Origin: a bacterium
GTDB taxonomy: Bacteria; Patescibacteriota; Patescibacteriia; UBA9570
Direction of reading: 5' to 3'
DNA length: 64,000 nucleotides
Assembly (NCBI GenBank): GCA_030698395.1
Contig: JAUYKW010000026.1
Span: 12,797-76,796 of the forward strand
Positions within the stretch are counted from its first letter, which is position 1; each line of letters starts with the position of its first letter. Below the pieces are notes generated by a model that was not told the origin of the DNA, ran no database searches, and saw only the letters and a program-made list of their open reading frames with translations. Shown here in pieces: positions 27,553-38,713 of this stretch. Position numbers and translations under genes: made by a program.

Positions 27553-28962
27553 CTAAAAAATAGAAACCCCTACTAACGGCCACCAAACTAAAGCGCCAAT
27601 AATAAAAATTACTAAAGCAATAATATTCATAAATATACCAGCTCTAATAGTATCCTTTAATGTATAAAAGTTTGCCGAATATGCCAGTGCATTCGGAGGG
27701 CTCCCCATTGGCATCATAAAAGCAAATCCAGCAGGCACCGCGATAATAAATGCTATACCAATAGGATTCAAATTATAAGTTAGTGCAATACTTAATGCTA
27801 CTGGCATTAACATAGCTACCACTGCAGCATTAGACATTACCTCCGTAAAAGCCAATGTACAAATAATCAAACCTATCACAAGCACCCAAGGATGAACCGG
27901 GATAATATCCAAAACACTATTTGTAATAAATAATGCAGCTCCTGTTCTTTCTAAAGCAACTCCCAAAGCAATAGCACCACCATACATTAAAATAATTCCC
28001 CAATTCACATGCTCTTCTGCATCTTGCCAACGCACAACTCGAAATAAAAACATTACGACTACAGAAATTATCGCAATATTGGCCAAGCCAAGACTTTCGC
28101 TTAAAAATATCCATGCTCCAACTGTAGCAACCAAGATTGCTAACATTGTAATTTCATCATCAGATAATTTACCAAGTGATTTCCTTTTCTCTATTAATTT
28201 TATATGCACAGATTCGGTAGTATCAATTTCAATTGGAAACATTTTCTGTAACAAGAAGAAACCAACAATTGCAATTACAATACTTATGGGTAAAATCGCA
28301 ACAGCCCAATCAGTGAAAGAAATTGATAAACCAGTATTTTCTTCTAAGATAGCTACAGCTAATATATTTCTAGCCCCACCTAAAAATGTAGCCACACCAC
28401 CAGTAAGCGTTCCCCAAACAATTGCGAGCAATAATGCTTTACCGAAATTTGATTTATATGGTTCCAACTTTAACCAATGAATCATCTGTAAAACAATTGG
28501 CAACATCATTGCAGCTACTGCATGTTCTGGCATGATAAAGGAAGTAACTACACATAAAAAATAAACCCCAGCTAGCAATCTTTTTGGTTTATTTCCGGAA
28601 CGTCGCAATACCCATAAAGCTATCCGTTCTGCTAATCCGGTAGTAACTAATCCGGTAGAAAGAATCAACGCTCCAATAATAAAAAAGACAGCTGAATTTC
28701 CAAATAGGCTATAAGCTTCCGCTGTCTCTAAAATTCCAAATAAAGGTAATAAAACAATTGCCAATAATGATGTAATGGCTAATGGCAAAACATGTGCTAC
28801 CCAAAACACTACGCACATACCAAATACAACCACGGCACGATAACCAGCCACAGACAAGCCAGCAGGAGGATTCTGCATTAAAGCAATACCAGCCAAAACC
28901 GCAACTATAAGGAAAAGAATTCCTTTATAATTTTCTTTCAATAGGGTATATCGAGAAATCAT
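27553..28962 (-). CDS. anion permease of the ArsB/NhaD (DASS/SLC13-like) superfamily
   Basis: 469 aa with about 12 TM helices and a duplicated-half architecture. Confidence 0.65.
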   Translation of the reverse strand: MISRYTLLKENYKGILFLIVAVLAGIALMQNPPAGLSVAGYRAVVVFGMCVVFWVAHVLPLAITSLLAIVLLPLFGILETAEAYSLFGNSAVFFIIGALILSTGLVTTGLAERIALWVLRRSGNKPKRLLAGVYFLCVVTSFIMPEHAVAAMMLPIVLQMIHWLKLEPYKSNFGKALLLAIVWGTLTGGVATFLGGARNILAVAILEENTGLSISFTDWAVAILPISIVIAIVGFFLLQKMFPIEIDTTESVHIKLIEKRKSLGKLSDDEITMLAILVATVGAWIFLSESLGLANIAIISVVVMFLFRVVRWQDAEEHVNWGIILMYGGAIALGVALERTGAALFITNSVLDIIPVHPWVLVIGLIICTLAFTEVMSNAAVVAMLMPVALSIALTYNLNPIGIAFIIAVPAGFAFMMPMGSPPNALAYSANFYTLKDTIRAGIFMNIIALVIFIIGALVWWPLVGVSIF

Positions 28963-29050
28963 CTAAACGATTATAGCATGGCCTTATTATTGTATAAAGC
29001 TACTTATTTTAGCAGTAAATAGTTATAAAAATAGCTAATAATAACACCCC

Positions 29051-29078
29051 TTGACATAATCTTAAATTGTGTTACGTT
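29051..29078 (+). promoter_or_regulatory. candidate promoter (-35 TTGACA 29051..29056, 16-nt spacer, -10 TACGTT) preceded by the ATAAAAATAGCTAA motif
   Basis: Read from the sequence. The 14-mer is shared with the 2209..2222 site. Confidence 0.35.
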
Positions 29079-29131
29079 AACCTATTCTTTTGGCGAAAAC
29101 CAAAGGAATAGGGCTAAAATAATGGTTTACA

Positions 29132-30328
29132 GTGGCGTTTTTAACGCAATATCTGTTCTCTATTTATATTTTATATTATTTAATGTCATTATCGATTGAA
29201 GATCAAATTACATCGCTGATTAACCAGCATTCTAATATTTTAGTGTGTTTACCAGCAAACCCCACAACGGATGCAATTGCATCTGGTTTAGCTATACATA
29301 GCATATTACAAAAGATGGGAAAATACAGTAAAGTTGTTTCTGATGGTTTTGCATTACCTAATAACCACAAATTCTTGCCAAAAAGCGAAGAAATTGAAAA
29401 TAATCTAGCCGCTGCGAAGAAATTTGTTATTTCCTTAGATATTACAGATACTTCAGTACAAAACCTTACTTATGATATTCAAGGTAATAAACTCCAAATC
29501 TACGTTACTCCACAACGAGGTCAATTTGATAACAATAGTATAAATACTTCAACCAGCCAGTACTCATACGATTTAATAATAGTACTTGATAGCAGAGATT
29601 TAAACTCAATTGGAAAAGTATTTGAAGATAATGCTGAATTCTTTTATCACACGCCAATTCTTAATATCGATCACCATCCTGGAAATGAACAGTTTGGACA
29701 AATTAATGTAGTAAATGTAACAGCAACTAGTATATCTGAAATTATATTTGAATTATCAACTAATCTTAGTGGTGGTTTACTTGATGAATTCATTGCAACT
29801 AACCTGCTTACTGGAATTATTTCTAAAACCAAATCATTCAAAACTAATGATGTTACTCCCCGATCGCTAGCAATAGCCAGTCATTTAATATCTAATGGTG
29901 CGCGCCGTGAAGATATTGTAAAACATCTTTATCAAACAAAATCATTACAATCTCTTAAACTATGGGGCAGAGCTTTATCTAAGTTAGAAGTAGATTCTGA
30001 GTATAAAATTGTATGGTCTGTCTTAAAACGAGAAGATTTTGTAGAAACCGATAGTAGCCCGCTAGATTTAGAATCTGTCATTGATGAATTAATTGTGAAT
30101 ACACCTGATGCCAAAAATATCTATATTGTTTATGAACAACCTGATGAGCGAGGTCACATGCAAATAAATGCAATTATCTATACAGCGCCATATATTAATG
30201 GGCTAACCGAATTCAAAGACTGGTCTGCACATGGCTCAAACAATTTTGTATATGCATCTGTGCCGCACAGTTCATTACAAATGGCTCAAACTTTAATCCA
30301 TGACAAAATCAGATCTCTAGTAAAATAA
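29132..30328 (+). CDS. DHH-family phosphoesterase (NrnA-like)
   Basis: NIDHHPGN DHH motif. The alternative start at 29183 (MSLSIEDQ) is plausible. Confidence 0.75.
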   Translation: MAFLTQYLFSIYILYYLMSLSIEDQITSLINQHSNILVCLPANPTTDAIASGLAIHSILQKMGKYSKVVSDGFALPNNHKFLPKSEEIENNLAAAKKFVISLDITDTSVQNLTYDIQGNKLQIYVTPQRGQFDNNSINTSTSQYSYDLIIVLDSRDLNSIGKVFEDNAEFFYHTPILNIDHHPGNEQFGQINVVNVTATSISEIIFELSTNLSGGLLDEFIATNLLTGIISKTKSFKTNDVTPRSLAIASHLISNGARREDIVKHLYQTKSLQSLKLWGRALSKLEVDSEYKIVWSVLKREDFVETDSSPLDLESVIDELIVNTPDAKNIYIVYEQPDERGHMQINAIIYTAPYINGLTEFKDWSAHGSNNFVYASVPHSSLQMAQTLIHDKIRSLVK

Positions 30329-30387
30329 GATTTCAAAAGCAGGTGCATCATATGCGATAAACCTGCTTTTTATGTTATAATCATTTT

Positions 30388-32160
30388 ATGGTTCAACGCA
30401 TAGAAGACTTACTAGCTGCTAACAAAAAAAGTCAGCAGTCTACAAGCACTACAACAACTCAACAGCCAGCCAAGGGTGGTAATAAGCCCAATGTTACTGA
30501 AGATGATCCTGCAGAAAAGTTGATAGAGAAAATGCAAGCAATGGGGCTGGATAAAAAAGAAGAGCTAATTCAACAAAGAGCTGCCGAGTTGAGTATGGAA
30601 TATATCAATCTCCAAGGATTTCCTGTTGGTCCTGAAGTATTGTCATTAATAAAAGAAGATCAGGCGCGGAAAATGCAAACTGTAGCCTTCTTCAAATTAG
30701 GTGGCCAAATAAGATTAGCTACTAGATTACCAGATCATCCAGAATTAAATGACACTATTTCAGACATCCAAAAAACATTCCCTGGGATCAACATTGCTAT
30801 TTATCTAACTTCTGAACACAGCCTAAATGAGGCTTTTAAGTTATATAAAAATATTGCGCGAGTAAAAAAAATAGAAACAGAAGTTAAAATAACCAAAGAA
30901 GATCTAGAGCGTTTTCAAGAGGAAATCAAAGATTATCCAACCATGGAGAAACGACTCGCGGAAGTGAATATGACAGAAGCGTTCGCCATTATCATTGCCA
31001 TGGCTTTAAATGTTAACTCATCTGATATTCATATAGAAGCAGAGGAAACCTACATAACAATACGTTATCGTGTAGATGGCATTCTTCAAATTGCTGCAAA
31101 AATCCCCAAAAGTATTTGGCACCGATTGATTGCTCGTATCAAGACTATCTCGGGATTAAAAATTAACATCAACCACATACCTCAGGATGGTAGAATTACC
31201 ATTAAGTTTGAAACCGACAAGATGGATATTCGTGTTTCTACTATGCCAACTGCTTATGGCGAATCAGTAGTAATGCGTTTATTAAAATCATCATCGGTTG
31301 GTTTAAGTTTCGAGCAACTTGGTTTCCGAGATTCTGCATTTAATCGTTTAAAATATGAAATCGAAAAACCACAGGGAATGATTGTAACCACCGGACCAAC
31401 CGGTTCTGGTAAAACTACAACTTTGTATGCCATATTAAATAAATTAAATACGCCTGATACAAAGATTATTACCTTAGAAAATCCTATTGAGTATAGATTA
31501 CCTGGTGTTGCTCAATCACAAATTGATCATTCCAAAGGCTATACATTTAGTAAAGGTTTAAGAGCTATTTTACGTCAGGATCCAGATGTAATCATGGTTG
31601 GTGAAATCCGTGATTTAGAAACTGCTGAAACTGCAATTCAAGCAGCTCTTACTGGTCACTTAGTACTATCCACCATTCATACCAATGATGCTGCTGGTGC
31701 AATTCCTAGATTCTTATCCATGGGTGTACCACCATTCTTATTAGCTCCTGCAATGAACGCTATTCTAGGACAACGTTTGGTACGTAAAATATGTAAAGAT
31801 TGTAAAACTGAAGTTACTCTTGATTTAGAAACATTAGAGCGCGTGAAAAAACTAATTTTAGATATTCCAGAAAATTCTGGTGAAGAAAAAGTTGATGTTG
31901 AGAACATGACTTTTTATGAAGGAAAAGGTTGTGCAACTTGCGGTGACGTAGGTTATAAAGGACGCGTAGGTATCTATGAAGTATTTACAATGAATAAAGA
32001 TATCGAAGCACTAACTTTATCTGGTAATGTTTCCGAATATCAAATGAAAGAAATTACACATAAAACTGGTATGGTAGGCATGGCACAAGATGGTATTCTA
32101 AAAGCTCTCGCAGGAGATACATCTGTTTCGGAAGTACTACGCGTTGCAGTAATTGATTAA
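30388..32160 (+). CDS. pilB: type IV pilus / type II secretion assembly ATPase (PilB/GspE family)
   Basis: GPTGSGKTTTLYA Walker A and tetracysteine-type C-terminus CKDC...CATCGD. Confidence 0.85.
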   Translation: MVQRIEDLLAANKKSQQSTSTTTTQQPAKGGNKPNVTEDDPAEKLIEKMQAMGLDKKEELIQQRAAELSMEYINLQGFPVGPEVLSLIKEDQARKMQTVAFFKLGGQIRLATRLPDHPELNDTISDIQKTFPGINIAIYLTSEHSLNEAFKLYKNIARVKKIETEVKITKEDLERFQEEIKDYPTMEKRLAEVNMTEAFAIIIAMALNVNSSDIHIEAEETYITIRYRVDGILQIAAKIPKSIWHRLIARIKTISGLKININHIPQDGRITIKFETDKMDIRVSTMPTAYGESVVMRLLKSSSVGLSFEQLGFRDSAFNRLKYEIEKPQGMIVTTGPTGSGKTTTLYAILNKLNTPDTKIITLENPIEYRLPGVAQSQIDHSKGYTFSKGLRAILRQDPDVIMVGEIRDLETAETAIQAALTGHLVLSTIHTNDAAGAIPRFLSMGVPPFLLAPAMNAILGQRLVRKICKDCKTEVTLDLETLERVKKLILDIPENSGEEKVDVENMTFYEGKGCATCGDVGYKGRVGIYEVFTMNKDIEALTLSGNVSEYQMKEITHKTGMVGMAQDGILKALAGDTSVSEVLRVAVID

Positions 32161-32201
32161 TACCTCTCCCCCAGCCCCTCTCCTCATCAAGAGAGGGTAG
32201 T

Positions 32202-34763
32202 TTAACTCAATGCTTCAAACGATTCTCGTAAAATAGTAAGCGTTTCTTTTTTTTCTGCTAGATTTTTTTTATCTCGCTCCACCACATCTGCAGGAGCATT
32301 ACCTGTATAACTTTCATTACCCAGCTTCTTTTCTAATCCAATTACATATCCGTTCAGTTTATCTATTTCTTTCTGCAATCTTTTCTGTTCTGCCACCACA
32401 TCAATCACATCACCTAGATTTATAGTAAGTGAGTATTTAGCATTTGTAATTTCCGTAGACGCACTATCCTTTATTTTATCTCCAAAATCAACTTTACATA
32501 ATTTCTCAATAATTTCACGCACTTGTGGAGATATATTGTTTGCAGAATATACAGAAATTTGTTTTGCATAACTAATTTTATATTGACCCCGCAAATTTCT
32601 AATTTGAATAACAATATCTTGCAACAAAGCAAACTCTTTTTCCATTTTTTTATCCCGATCAATCTCACTAGCTTGTGGCCACTCGGAAATTAACAACATC
32701 TGCTCTTTGCCTAGCTCTTGCCATAACACCTCAGTTACAAATGGTACAAATGGATGTAATAATTTTAATGTTGTCTCTAACACTTCTTGCGCCAATAAAG
32801 GATTTGGCTGAAACTTTGTAATCTCTACATACCAATCTGCAAACTCATGCCAAAGAAAATCATAAGCTAACTCTGCAGCTGCACTAAACCGATAATTTTC
32901 TATATCTGCAGTAACTTTATTAATCACGTCTGCTAATCTAGATTTAATCCACTTATCTGCCAACGACTCTTCTTTAATTTGATCACCTACCTCTTGTAAC
33001 AAAACATAGCGCGATACATTCCAAATTTTATTTACGAAATTTCGGTAGCCAGCAATTTTTTCCTCATACAAACGAGAATCATTTCCTGGAGTTGTGCCAA
33101 CCATTAAAGCTAACCTTAAGGCATCGGTACCATACTTCTCAATCATATCCAAAGGATCAATTGCATTATCTAAAGATTTAGACATCTTGCGTCCATCCTT
33201 ATCTCGCACCAATCCATGTAGATAAACATTTTTAAATGGCACATCACCCACTGCATAAGTAGTCATCAAAATCATTCGAGCTACCCAAAAAAATAAAATA
33301 TCATAACCAGTTTCCAAAACATTAGTTGGATGAAACATTTTATAATCTTCCGTTTTGTCTGGCCAACCCAGAGTAGAAAATGTCCATAAACCAGAACTAA
33401 ACCAAGTATCAAGTGTATCTGGATCCTGCTCCCAACCTTCACCTGCTGGCTCCTCAACTCCTACATATATTTCATCACCTTTATACCAAACCGGAACTCT
33501 ATGGCCATACCAGATTTGCCGGCTGATATTCCAATCTCGTAAATTATCTATCCAATGAAAATATATTTTGTTAAAACGATCTGGAATAATTTGAATATCA
33601 TCTGATTTAACTGCTTCTTGCATTAACTGTTTTAATGATACCTCTTTTCCAGACACGTGGTGTTTAAATTTTTTATTCACATCAATGAACCACTGAATTT
33701 TTGGCAAAGGCTCTATTGCCGAATCGCAACGATAGCAAATAGAAAGATTATGTACATAATCCTCATCAATTCTGTCTACCAATCCCTTTTCTTGTAATCG
33801 CGCTACAATCTCATCTCGTGATTCCCTGGCATTCTTACCAGCAAATTCACCAGCTGCCTTGGTAAAATTTCCGTCTTCATCAATAATCTTAACAATTGGT
33901 AAATCATGCTTCTTAGCTAATTCAAAATCCACCATGCTATGTCCTGGTGTTATTGTCATCGCCCCGCTACCAAAATCTTTATCTGCTGCTTCATCAGCAA
34001 TCATATTAGCTGCAACTTTGCCATCAATCCATTCCACATCAAACTCCTTGCCTATCATATCTTGATAACGCTCATCAGCTGGATGCACAATAATGGTTTT
34101 ATCTAAAAACTTTGTTTCTGGCCGAGCAGTACCAATTATTACAGGCCCATACTTAAAATAATAAAACTTACTTTTTTCTTCTCGATACTCTACCTCATCA
34201 TCAGATAAAGTTGATTTACATCTTGGACACCAATTAACAACCCGATCTCCTTTATAAATCAAATCATCTTCGTACATCATTTTAAATACTGTTTTTACAG
34301 CCTTGCTTCTTGCTTCATCAAAAGTATATGCCTCTCGTGACCAATCCAAAGACGCTCCCATTTTTTTTGCTTGATTCACAATAGTGTCATGCGATTCAGC
34401 AGCAAACTCCTCCACTCTCTTTAAGAACGCCTCTCTGCCAAGCTCATGCCTAGGATCAGCAATGCCTTCTTTTATGAGTATCTTTTCTACTTTAGTTTGA
34501 GTGGCAATTCCTGCGTGATCTGTGCCCGGAATCCATAAGGCTTTTTTACCTTGCATCCGTTGATATCGAATCATCACATCTTCAATCGCCAACATTACTG
34601 CATGCCCTAAATGCAACGTACCGGTAACATTAGGTGGTGGCAAAGCAATCGTATATGGCTCTCCATCAGGTAAATTATCTGGATTAAACATTCCAGAATC
34701 TTCCCAACTTTGATAAATTTTATCTTCATGCTCTTTCCACTCGTAAGCTTTAGGTAATGTCAT
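32202..34763 (-). CDS. valS: valine--tRNA ligase
   Basis: HLGHA and KMSKS motifs, 853 aa, C-terminal coiled coil. Confidence 0.95.
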   Translation of the reverse strand: MTLPKAYEWKEHEDKIYQSWEDSGMFNPDNLPDGEPYTIALPPPNVTGTLHLGHAVMLAIEDVMIRYQRMQGKKALWIPGTDHAGIATQTKVEKILIKEGIADPRHELGREAFLKRVEEFAAESHDTIVNQAKKMGASLDWSREAYTFDEARSKAVKTVFKMMYEDDLIYKGDRVVNWCPRCKSTLSDDEVEYREEKSKFYYFKYGPVIIGTARPETKFLDKTIIVHPADERYQDMIGKEFDVEWIDGKVAANMIADEAADKDFGSGAMTITPGHSMVDFELAKKHDLPIVKIIDEDGNFTKAAGEFAGKNARESRDEIVARLQEKGLVDRIDEDYVHNLSICYRCDSAIEPLPKIQWFIDVNKKFKHHVSGKEVSLKQLMQEAVKSDDIQIIPDRFNKIYFHWIDNLRDWNISRQIWYGHRVPVWYKGDEIYVGVEEPAGEGWEQDPDTLDTWFSSGLWTFSTLGWPDKTEDYKMFHPTNVLETGYDILFFWVARMILMTTYAVGDVPFKNVYLHGLVRDKDGRKMSKSLDNAIDPLDMIEKYGTDALRLALMVGTTPGNDSRLYEEKIAGYRNFVNKIWNVSRYVLLQEVGDQIKEESLADKWIKSRLADVINKVTADIENYRFSAAAELAYDFLWHEFADWYVEITKFQPNPLLAQEVLETTLKLLHPFVPFVTEVLWQELGKEQMLLISEWPQASEIDRDKKMEKEFALLQDIVIQIRNLRGQYKISYAKQISVYSANNISPQVREIIEKLCKVDFGDKIKDSASTEITNAKYSLTINLGDVIDVVAEQKRLQKEIDKLNGYVIGLEKKLGNESYTGNAPADVVERDKKNLAEKKETLTILRESFEALS

Positions 34764-34766
34764 ACA

Positions 34767-35798
34767 CTATTTCTTATTTAAAATTCTCAAGTAATATCCG
34801 GCCTGTCTTTTTATTCGATAAGCCTCATTGTTTTGTTTAAATTCATCATCTAAATCTGACAACCTGACTAATTCATTATCCTGCATCACATAAGGATCTA
34901 CAATTCTAATTTTCGTCTTGATAAAAAAATCATAATTAATTGGATCTTCCTCTACTTTAAGATGATTCACTAGCTCTAAGTTACCTACAATTTTCTCATG
35001 TTGCGATTGAGCTAATTTCTCATACACAATTTCATCAACTGAGAATAAATCTTTAAATGTAATAACATTTTCAAACAAAGCTATCTTAATTGCCTCGGCA
35101 AATAAATAATAAAGTGCCGCTTGTAAAGGATGGCCCCACAATCGCGCATCACCTTCTCTATATTTATCTGCAAATTGTCTAGCCACCGCTTCGTGTTCAA
35201 AAGCAATATTGTCTTCCACACGAATCATGTCATCTAAAATCTTCATAGCTTCTGGAGTGGTTAACATATTATCTGTAACCAAATCTCGAAAGAAGTAATC
35301 CACTCTATCCATGCATAAATCTGGCAAATCTCGCTCTAATAAATGAAATCGATGTTTATCTAGCAACTCATCAACAGAAAAATTATGTTTCTTTAAAATC
35401 TCTGGAATTTGAGAATTCAACACAACTTCTTTATGAAATTCTTCATGGAACGTTCCCACTTCAGACCCACCAAACACAAAATCAATCACATGAGAAAACG
35501 CTGTATGAGGAACGTCATGTAATAAGCCAGCAATCTGCTCTTCTAAAGTTGCATTAAACTTACGCAACAATAAATACACTCCTACACAATGCTCAAATCT
35601 ATTAGTAGTTAAATGTGAAAATCGATAAAAGCTAGCTCCATACTGATTAACTTTTTTAAGACGCTGCATAGCATCCGAAGCCATGATCTCTAAAATCGCA
35701 GGTTCGATAATATCTGTTGTGCCGTATATTCTATCTTGATAATTCATAAAAAATAAAAAAAGTGAATCGGTAGATGGGGCCAAGCGTGGCGGTACCAC
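34767..35798 (-). CDS. HD-domain metal-dependent phosphohydrolase
   Basis: H...HD motif (LLHDVPHTAFSH). Confidence 0.65.
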   Translation of the reverse strand: MVPPRLAPSTDSLFLFFMNYQDRIYGTTDIIEPAILEIMASDAMQRLKKVNQYGASFYRFSHLTTNRFEHCVGVYLLLRKFNATLEEQIAGLLHDVPHTAFSHVIDFVFGGSEVGTFHEEFHKEVVLNSQIPEILKKHNFSVDELLDKHRFHLLERDLPDLCMDRVDYFFRDLVTDNMLTTPEAMKILDDMIRVEDNIAFEHEAVARQFADKYREGDARLWGHPLQAALYYLFAEAIKIALFENVITFKDLFSVDEIVYEKLAQSQHEKIVGNLELVNHLKVEEDPINYDFFIKTKIRIVDPYVMQDNELVRLSDLDDEFKQNNEAYRIKRQAGYYLRILNKK

Positions 35799-35933
35799 CC
35801 ATCAGTTTCACTTCATTAATTGGAGATTACGGATCCACCGTGATTTATTAAATCCAGCTCGCCTGGTGACACTACTCCAGGGTCAGAACTTTTATAATTG
35901 TAAGCTAATAATATGTTAAATTAGTGTTACCTG

Positions 35934-36350
35934 TCAAGTTGTTTCATCTAGCTCCAATAACTGCAAACCACTGTAATCATCATGTGTCCGGTGCGTCTCT
36001 TGATAAGGAGAAATCATCACTTCCAGTGTTGGATTCGCTATAGCCCTGTTACAATGACCAGCAAAAGCTTGAAAATTTTCATCTCCAATCGTCATGTGAA
36101 TGTGCAACTTTTCTGCCGAAATATTTCCGGTTAGATTTGATACCTCAAATTCTCCGGTAAAAGTTTTCTTTTTATATTCCTTAGTATCAACACTAAAAAA
36201 TCCCAGTTCCACTTCTTTAGCTGCTCCTAAACCAATAATTGTTCCACCAGAAATATTATGTTCTTTACAAAAAGTTGTTAAACTTTCAACTAATTCCTCA
36301 TCTGGCATTAAACGAATTAAGTATTTACCGTTATCTTTTGAATAAGTCAT
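35934..36350 (-). CDS. PPC/DUF296-domain protein
   Basis: GTIIGLGAAKEVELGFF...EVSNLTGNIS pattern typical of PPC (PCC) domain proteins. Confidence 0.5.
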   Translation of the reverse strand: MTYSKDNGKYLIRLMPDEELVESLTTFCKEHNISGGTIIGLGAAKEVELGFFSVDTKEYKKKTFTGEFEVSNLTGNISAEKLHIHMTIGDENFQAFAGHCNRAIANPTLEVMISPYQETHRTHDDYSGLQLLELDETT

Positions 36351-36353
36351 ATT

Positions 36354-37103
36354 TTAATAAATTCCGAATGTATAGTTAGCAATTTGTCTTAATAATTTAT
36401 TTGGATCTCTTTCAATATCCGATCTCCTTAATCCACTCTTTTTTTCAAACTCTTCAAATACAGAAGTATAAAATTCATCATTTATTATGTCTTCCGGATT
36501 AACTTCAGCTATCAATTCCAGCCAAGCAACTCGAGCTTTAAAATCTTCATTTAAATGCACGTCAGACATTTCTGAATAACGCCGAATGGAAAAACCAGAA
36601 TCAATATATCTAACATCTCCATCCTTAGTAACCATTAAATTTGTATCACCTAATAAATCAAATGGCAAATTACCTTCATCAGTTCCGGTTTCTTCATATT
36701 CTCGATAACTAGTTTTTAGTAAACCTGCTATCTCTGCTAATTGGACACGACTTTTTTCCTGTAAACCACCAATTTCATATTCATATACATCTGCTGGTTC
36801 TGCTGGCTGTAATCTCTCCTGAGCCAAAAAAAAACTTTTCCTAGGTTTCTCACTATAATGTGGCATCACCCATTGCCGTGGAATATATTTTCCATAGTGT
36901 TTCTGCAGACTTTTATACCGATCCCGCAATTCATATGCAGTTTCTTCATCAAATCCTTCTTCAGATCCTTTACCAAATCTTCCTTCTAAATGTTTGATTA
37001 CCAATTTACTATCAGTACCATCTTCTTTCTTTACACCATAAACCATGGTTTCATTTCCCATGCTTAATAGACTCTTCCTTTTACTACCTCTTCTATCATC
37101 CAT
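36354..37103 (-). CDS. hypothetical protein (possible kinase-like fold)
   Basis: Only a weak LMVTKDGDVRYIDSGFS segment resembles the catalytic-loop/DFG region. Confidence 0.4.
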   Translation of the reverse strand: MDDRRGSKRKSLLSMGNETMVYGVKKEDGTDSKLVIKHLEGRFGKGSEEGFDEETAYELRDRYKSLQKHYGKYIPRQWVMPHYSEKPRKSFFLAQERLQPAEPADVYEYEIGGLQEKSRVQLAEIAGLLKTSYREYEETGTDEGNLPFDLLGDTNLMVTKDGDVRYIDSGFSIRRYSEMSDVHLNEDFKARVAWLELIAEVNPEDIINDEFYTSVFEEFEKKSGLRRSDIERDPNKLLRQIANYTFGIY

Positions 37104-37107
37104 ATAA

Positions 37108-38082
37108 TCAGCGTGGTGTTAATTCCCAATTTGGATTAGCTTTAAATGAAAATAAATCTGTAGGTTGTTCATGAAATCTACAAGCTGCCGCAATCATCGC
37201 TGCATTATCTGTACAAAATTCTGGCGCTGGAATGTAAATATTAGCATTCAAGTTTTCTAATTCTGTACGTAATGCAGAATTTGCTGCCACACCACCTCCA
37301 ACTAACAATGATTTTGCGCCATGCACCTTTAACGCTTTTTTTGTTTTAGCTACCAAAACATTTACAATCGCATTTTCAATGGATGCGCATACATCTTCTA
37401 ATTTTGCATCAGGATTATCACGATGGAAATATAATACCGCTGTCTTCAAACCAGAAAAAGAAAAATCAGAATTATCGCTATCTAACATCGGGCTTGGTAA
37501 ATGATGAATTGTCGAATCTCCTTTAGCTGCTAATTTCGAAATTTCTGGACCGCCCGGATAATCTAATCCCAAAATGCGGGCACATTTATCAAAACACTCT
37601 CCTGCTGCATCATCTCTTGTTGCACCTATTAATTCATATGTTCCCGGTTTTGGTACAAATAGTAATTCAGTGTGTCCACCAGATACAACTAATGCCACTG
37701 CTGGAAATTCAATATCTGGATTCCCAATAAAGTTTGCAGCTATATGTCCTTCAATATGATTAATAGAAAACAATGGTTTATTCCAGCTATATGCCAATGT
37801 CCGCGCTGTCTCCACTCCCACCATCAATGATGTTATCAAGCCAGGACCAGAGGTTACCGCAATTCTATCAATATCATCCGGTATTAAAACAGTTTTCTGC
37901 ATAATTTCTTTTATTATTGGAATCATTACTTGAACATGTTCTCGAGCAGCAACTTCTGGTACGATTCCTCCGGTAATTCTATGAACGTCTATTTGCGATG
38001 CAGTAACATGAGTTACGTCATCACCATTCAAAATAGCAACACTCGTTTCATCGCACGATGTTTCAATAGCCAAAATCTTCAT
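37108..38082 (-). CDS. tsaD: tRNA N6-adenosine threonylcarbamoyltransferase
   Basis: MKILAIETSCDETSVAI N-terminus of the Kae1/TsaD family. Confidence 0.9.
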   Translation of the reverse strand: MKILAIETSCDETSVAILNGDDVTHVTASQIDVHRITGGIVPEVAAREHVQVMIPIIKEIMQKTVLIPDDIDRIAVTSGPGLITSLMVGVETARTLAYSWNKPLFSINHIEGHIAANFIGNPDIEFPAVALVVSGGHTELLFVPKPGTYELIGATRDDAAGECFDKCARILGLDYPGGPEISKLAAKGDSTIHHLPSPMLDSDNSDFSFSGLKTAVLYFHRDNPDAKLEDVCASIENAIVNVLVAKTKKALKVHGAKSLLVGGGVAANSALRTELENLNANIYIPAPEFCTDNAAMIAAACRFHEQPTDLFSFKANPNWELTPR

Positions 38083-38708
38083 ATTACAGAAAAAGCAAAT
38101 GGTGAAATACTAAATATATAAAAACATCCAAAAACTACCATAGCGGTAAATACAGAACCGGAAATTGCTTGAGCAACTGTGTGTTTTTTTCGCACAACTC
38201 GAGCCCACATCAATGCAGGTAGTAACAATAATAATGGCCACCATTGCCATCCAAATGCAACATTCAAAATCAATACCGTCATTGTGAATGCGGCTGTATG
38301 TACACTTATCTTCCAGAAAAAAGTAACTGCCGTGCCCAAGACCTCAATTACCAAAGCTATTGCCCTAATTTTCCAGGCAATATCATTTCCCCAAAAATAC
38401 AAACATAATAAAGCAACAACATGCACTATAACTACCAAAGTAAAATAAACCCTACGTTCATTAACGTCTGTCATTTCCCAATCACTCACCTTACCAGTTC
38501 GATGAAAATACGCCAGAATTACAACTGGCGTTAAAAGCTCTAGCACAAATAAAGGTATCAATAATATTTTAACCTGTTCTGAAGATAGGCCCGTTCCTAA
38601 TAAAATAATCAATACAAATAAAGGCCACATCAATGATGGATCTAGTGCGTGTGATATAATTTTAGCGCAAGTTTGTTTCATAATTCTGAATACAGTATAC
38701 AATAGCAT
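38079..38708 (-). CDS. PAP2-like membrane phosphatase (tentative)
   Basis: KISVHTA and RVVRKKHTVAQAISGS resemble PAP2 motifs 2 and 3. About 6 TM helices. Confidence 0.4.
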   Translation of the reverse strand: MLLYTVFRIMKQTCAKIISHALDPSLMWPLFVLIILLGTGLSSEQVKILLIPLFVLELLTPVVILAYFHRTGKVSDWEMTDVNERRVYFTLVVIVHVVALLCLYFWGNDIAWKIRAIALVIEVLGTAVTFFWKISVHTAAFTMTVLILNVAFGWQWWPLLLLLPALMWARVVRKKHTVAQAISGSVFTAMVVFGCFYIFSISPFAFSVI

Positions 38709-38713
38709 ATATC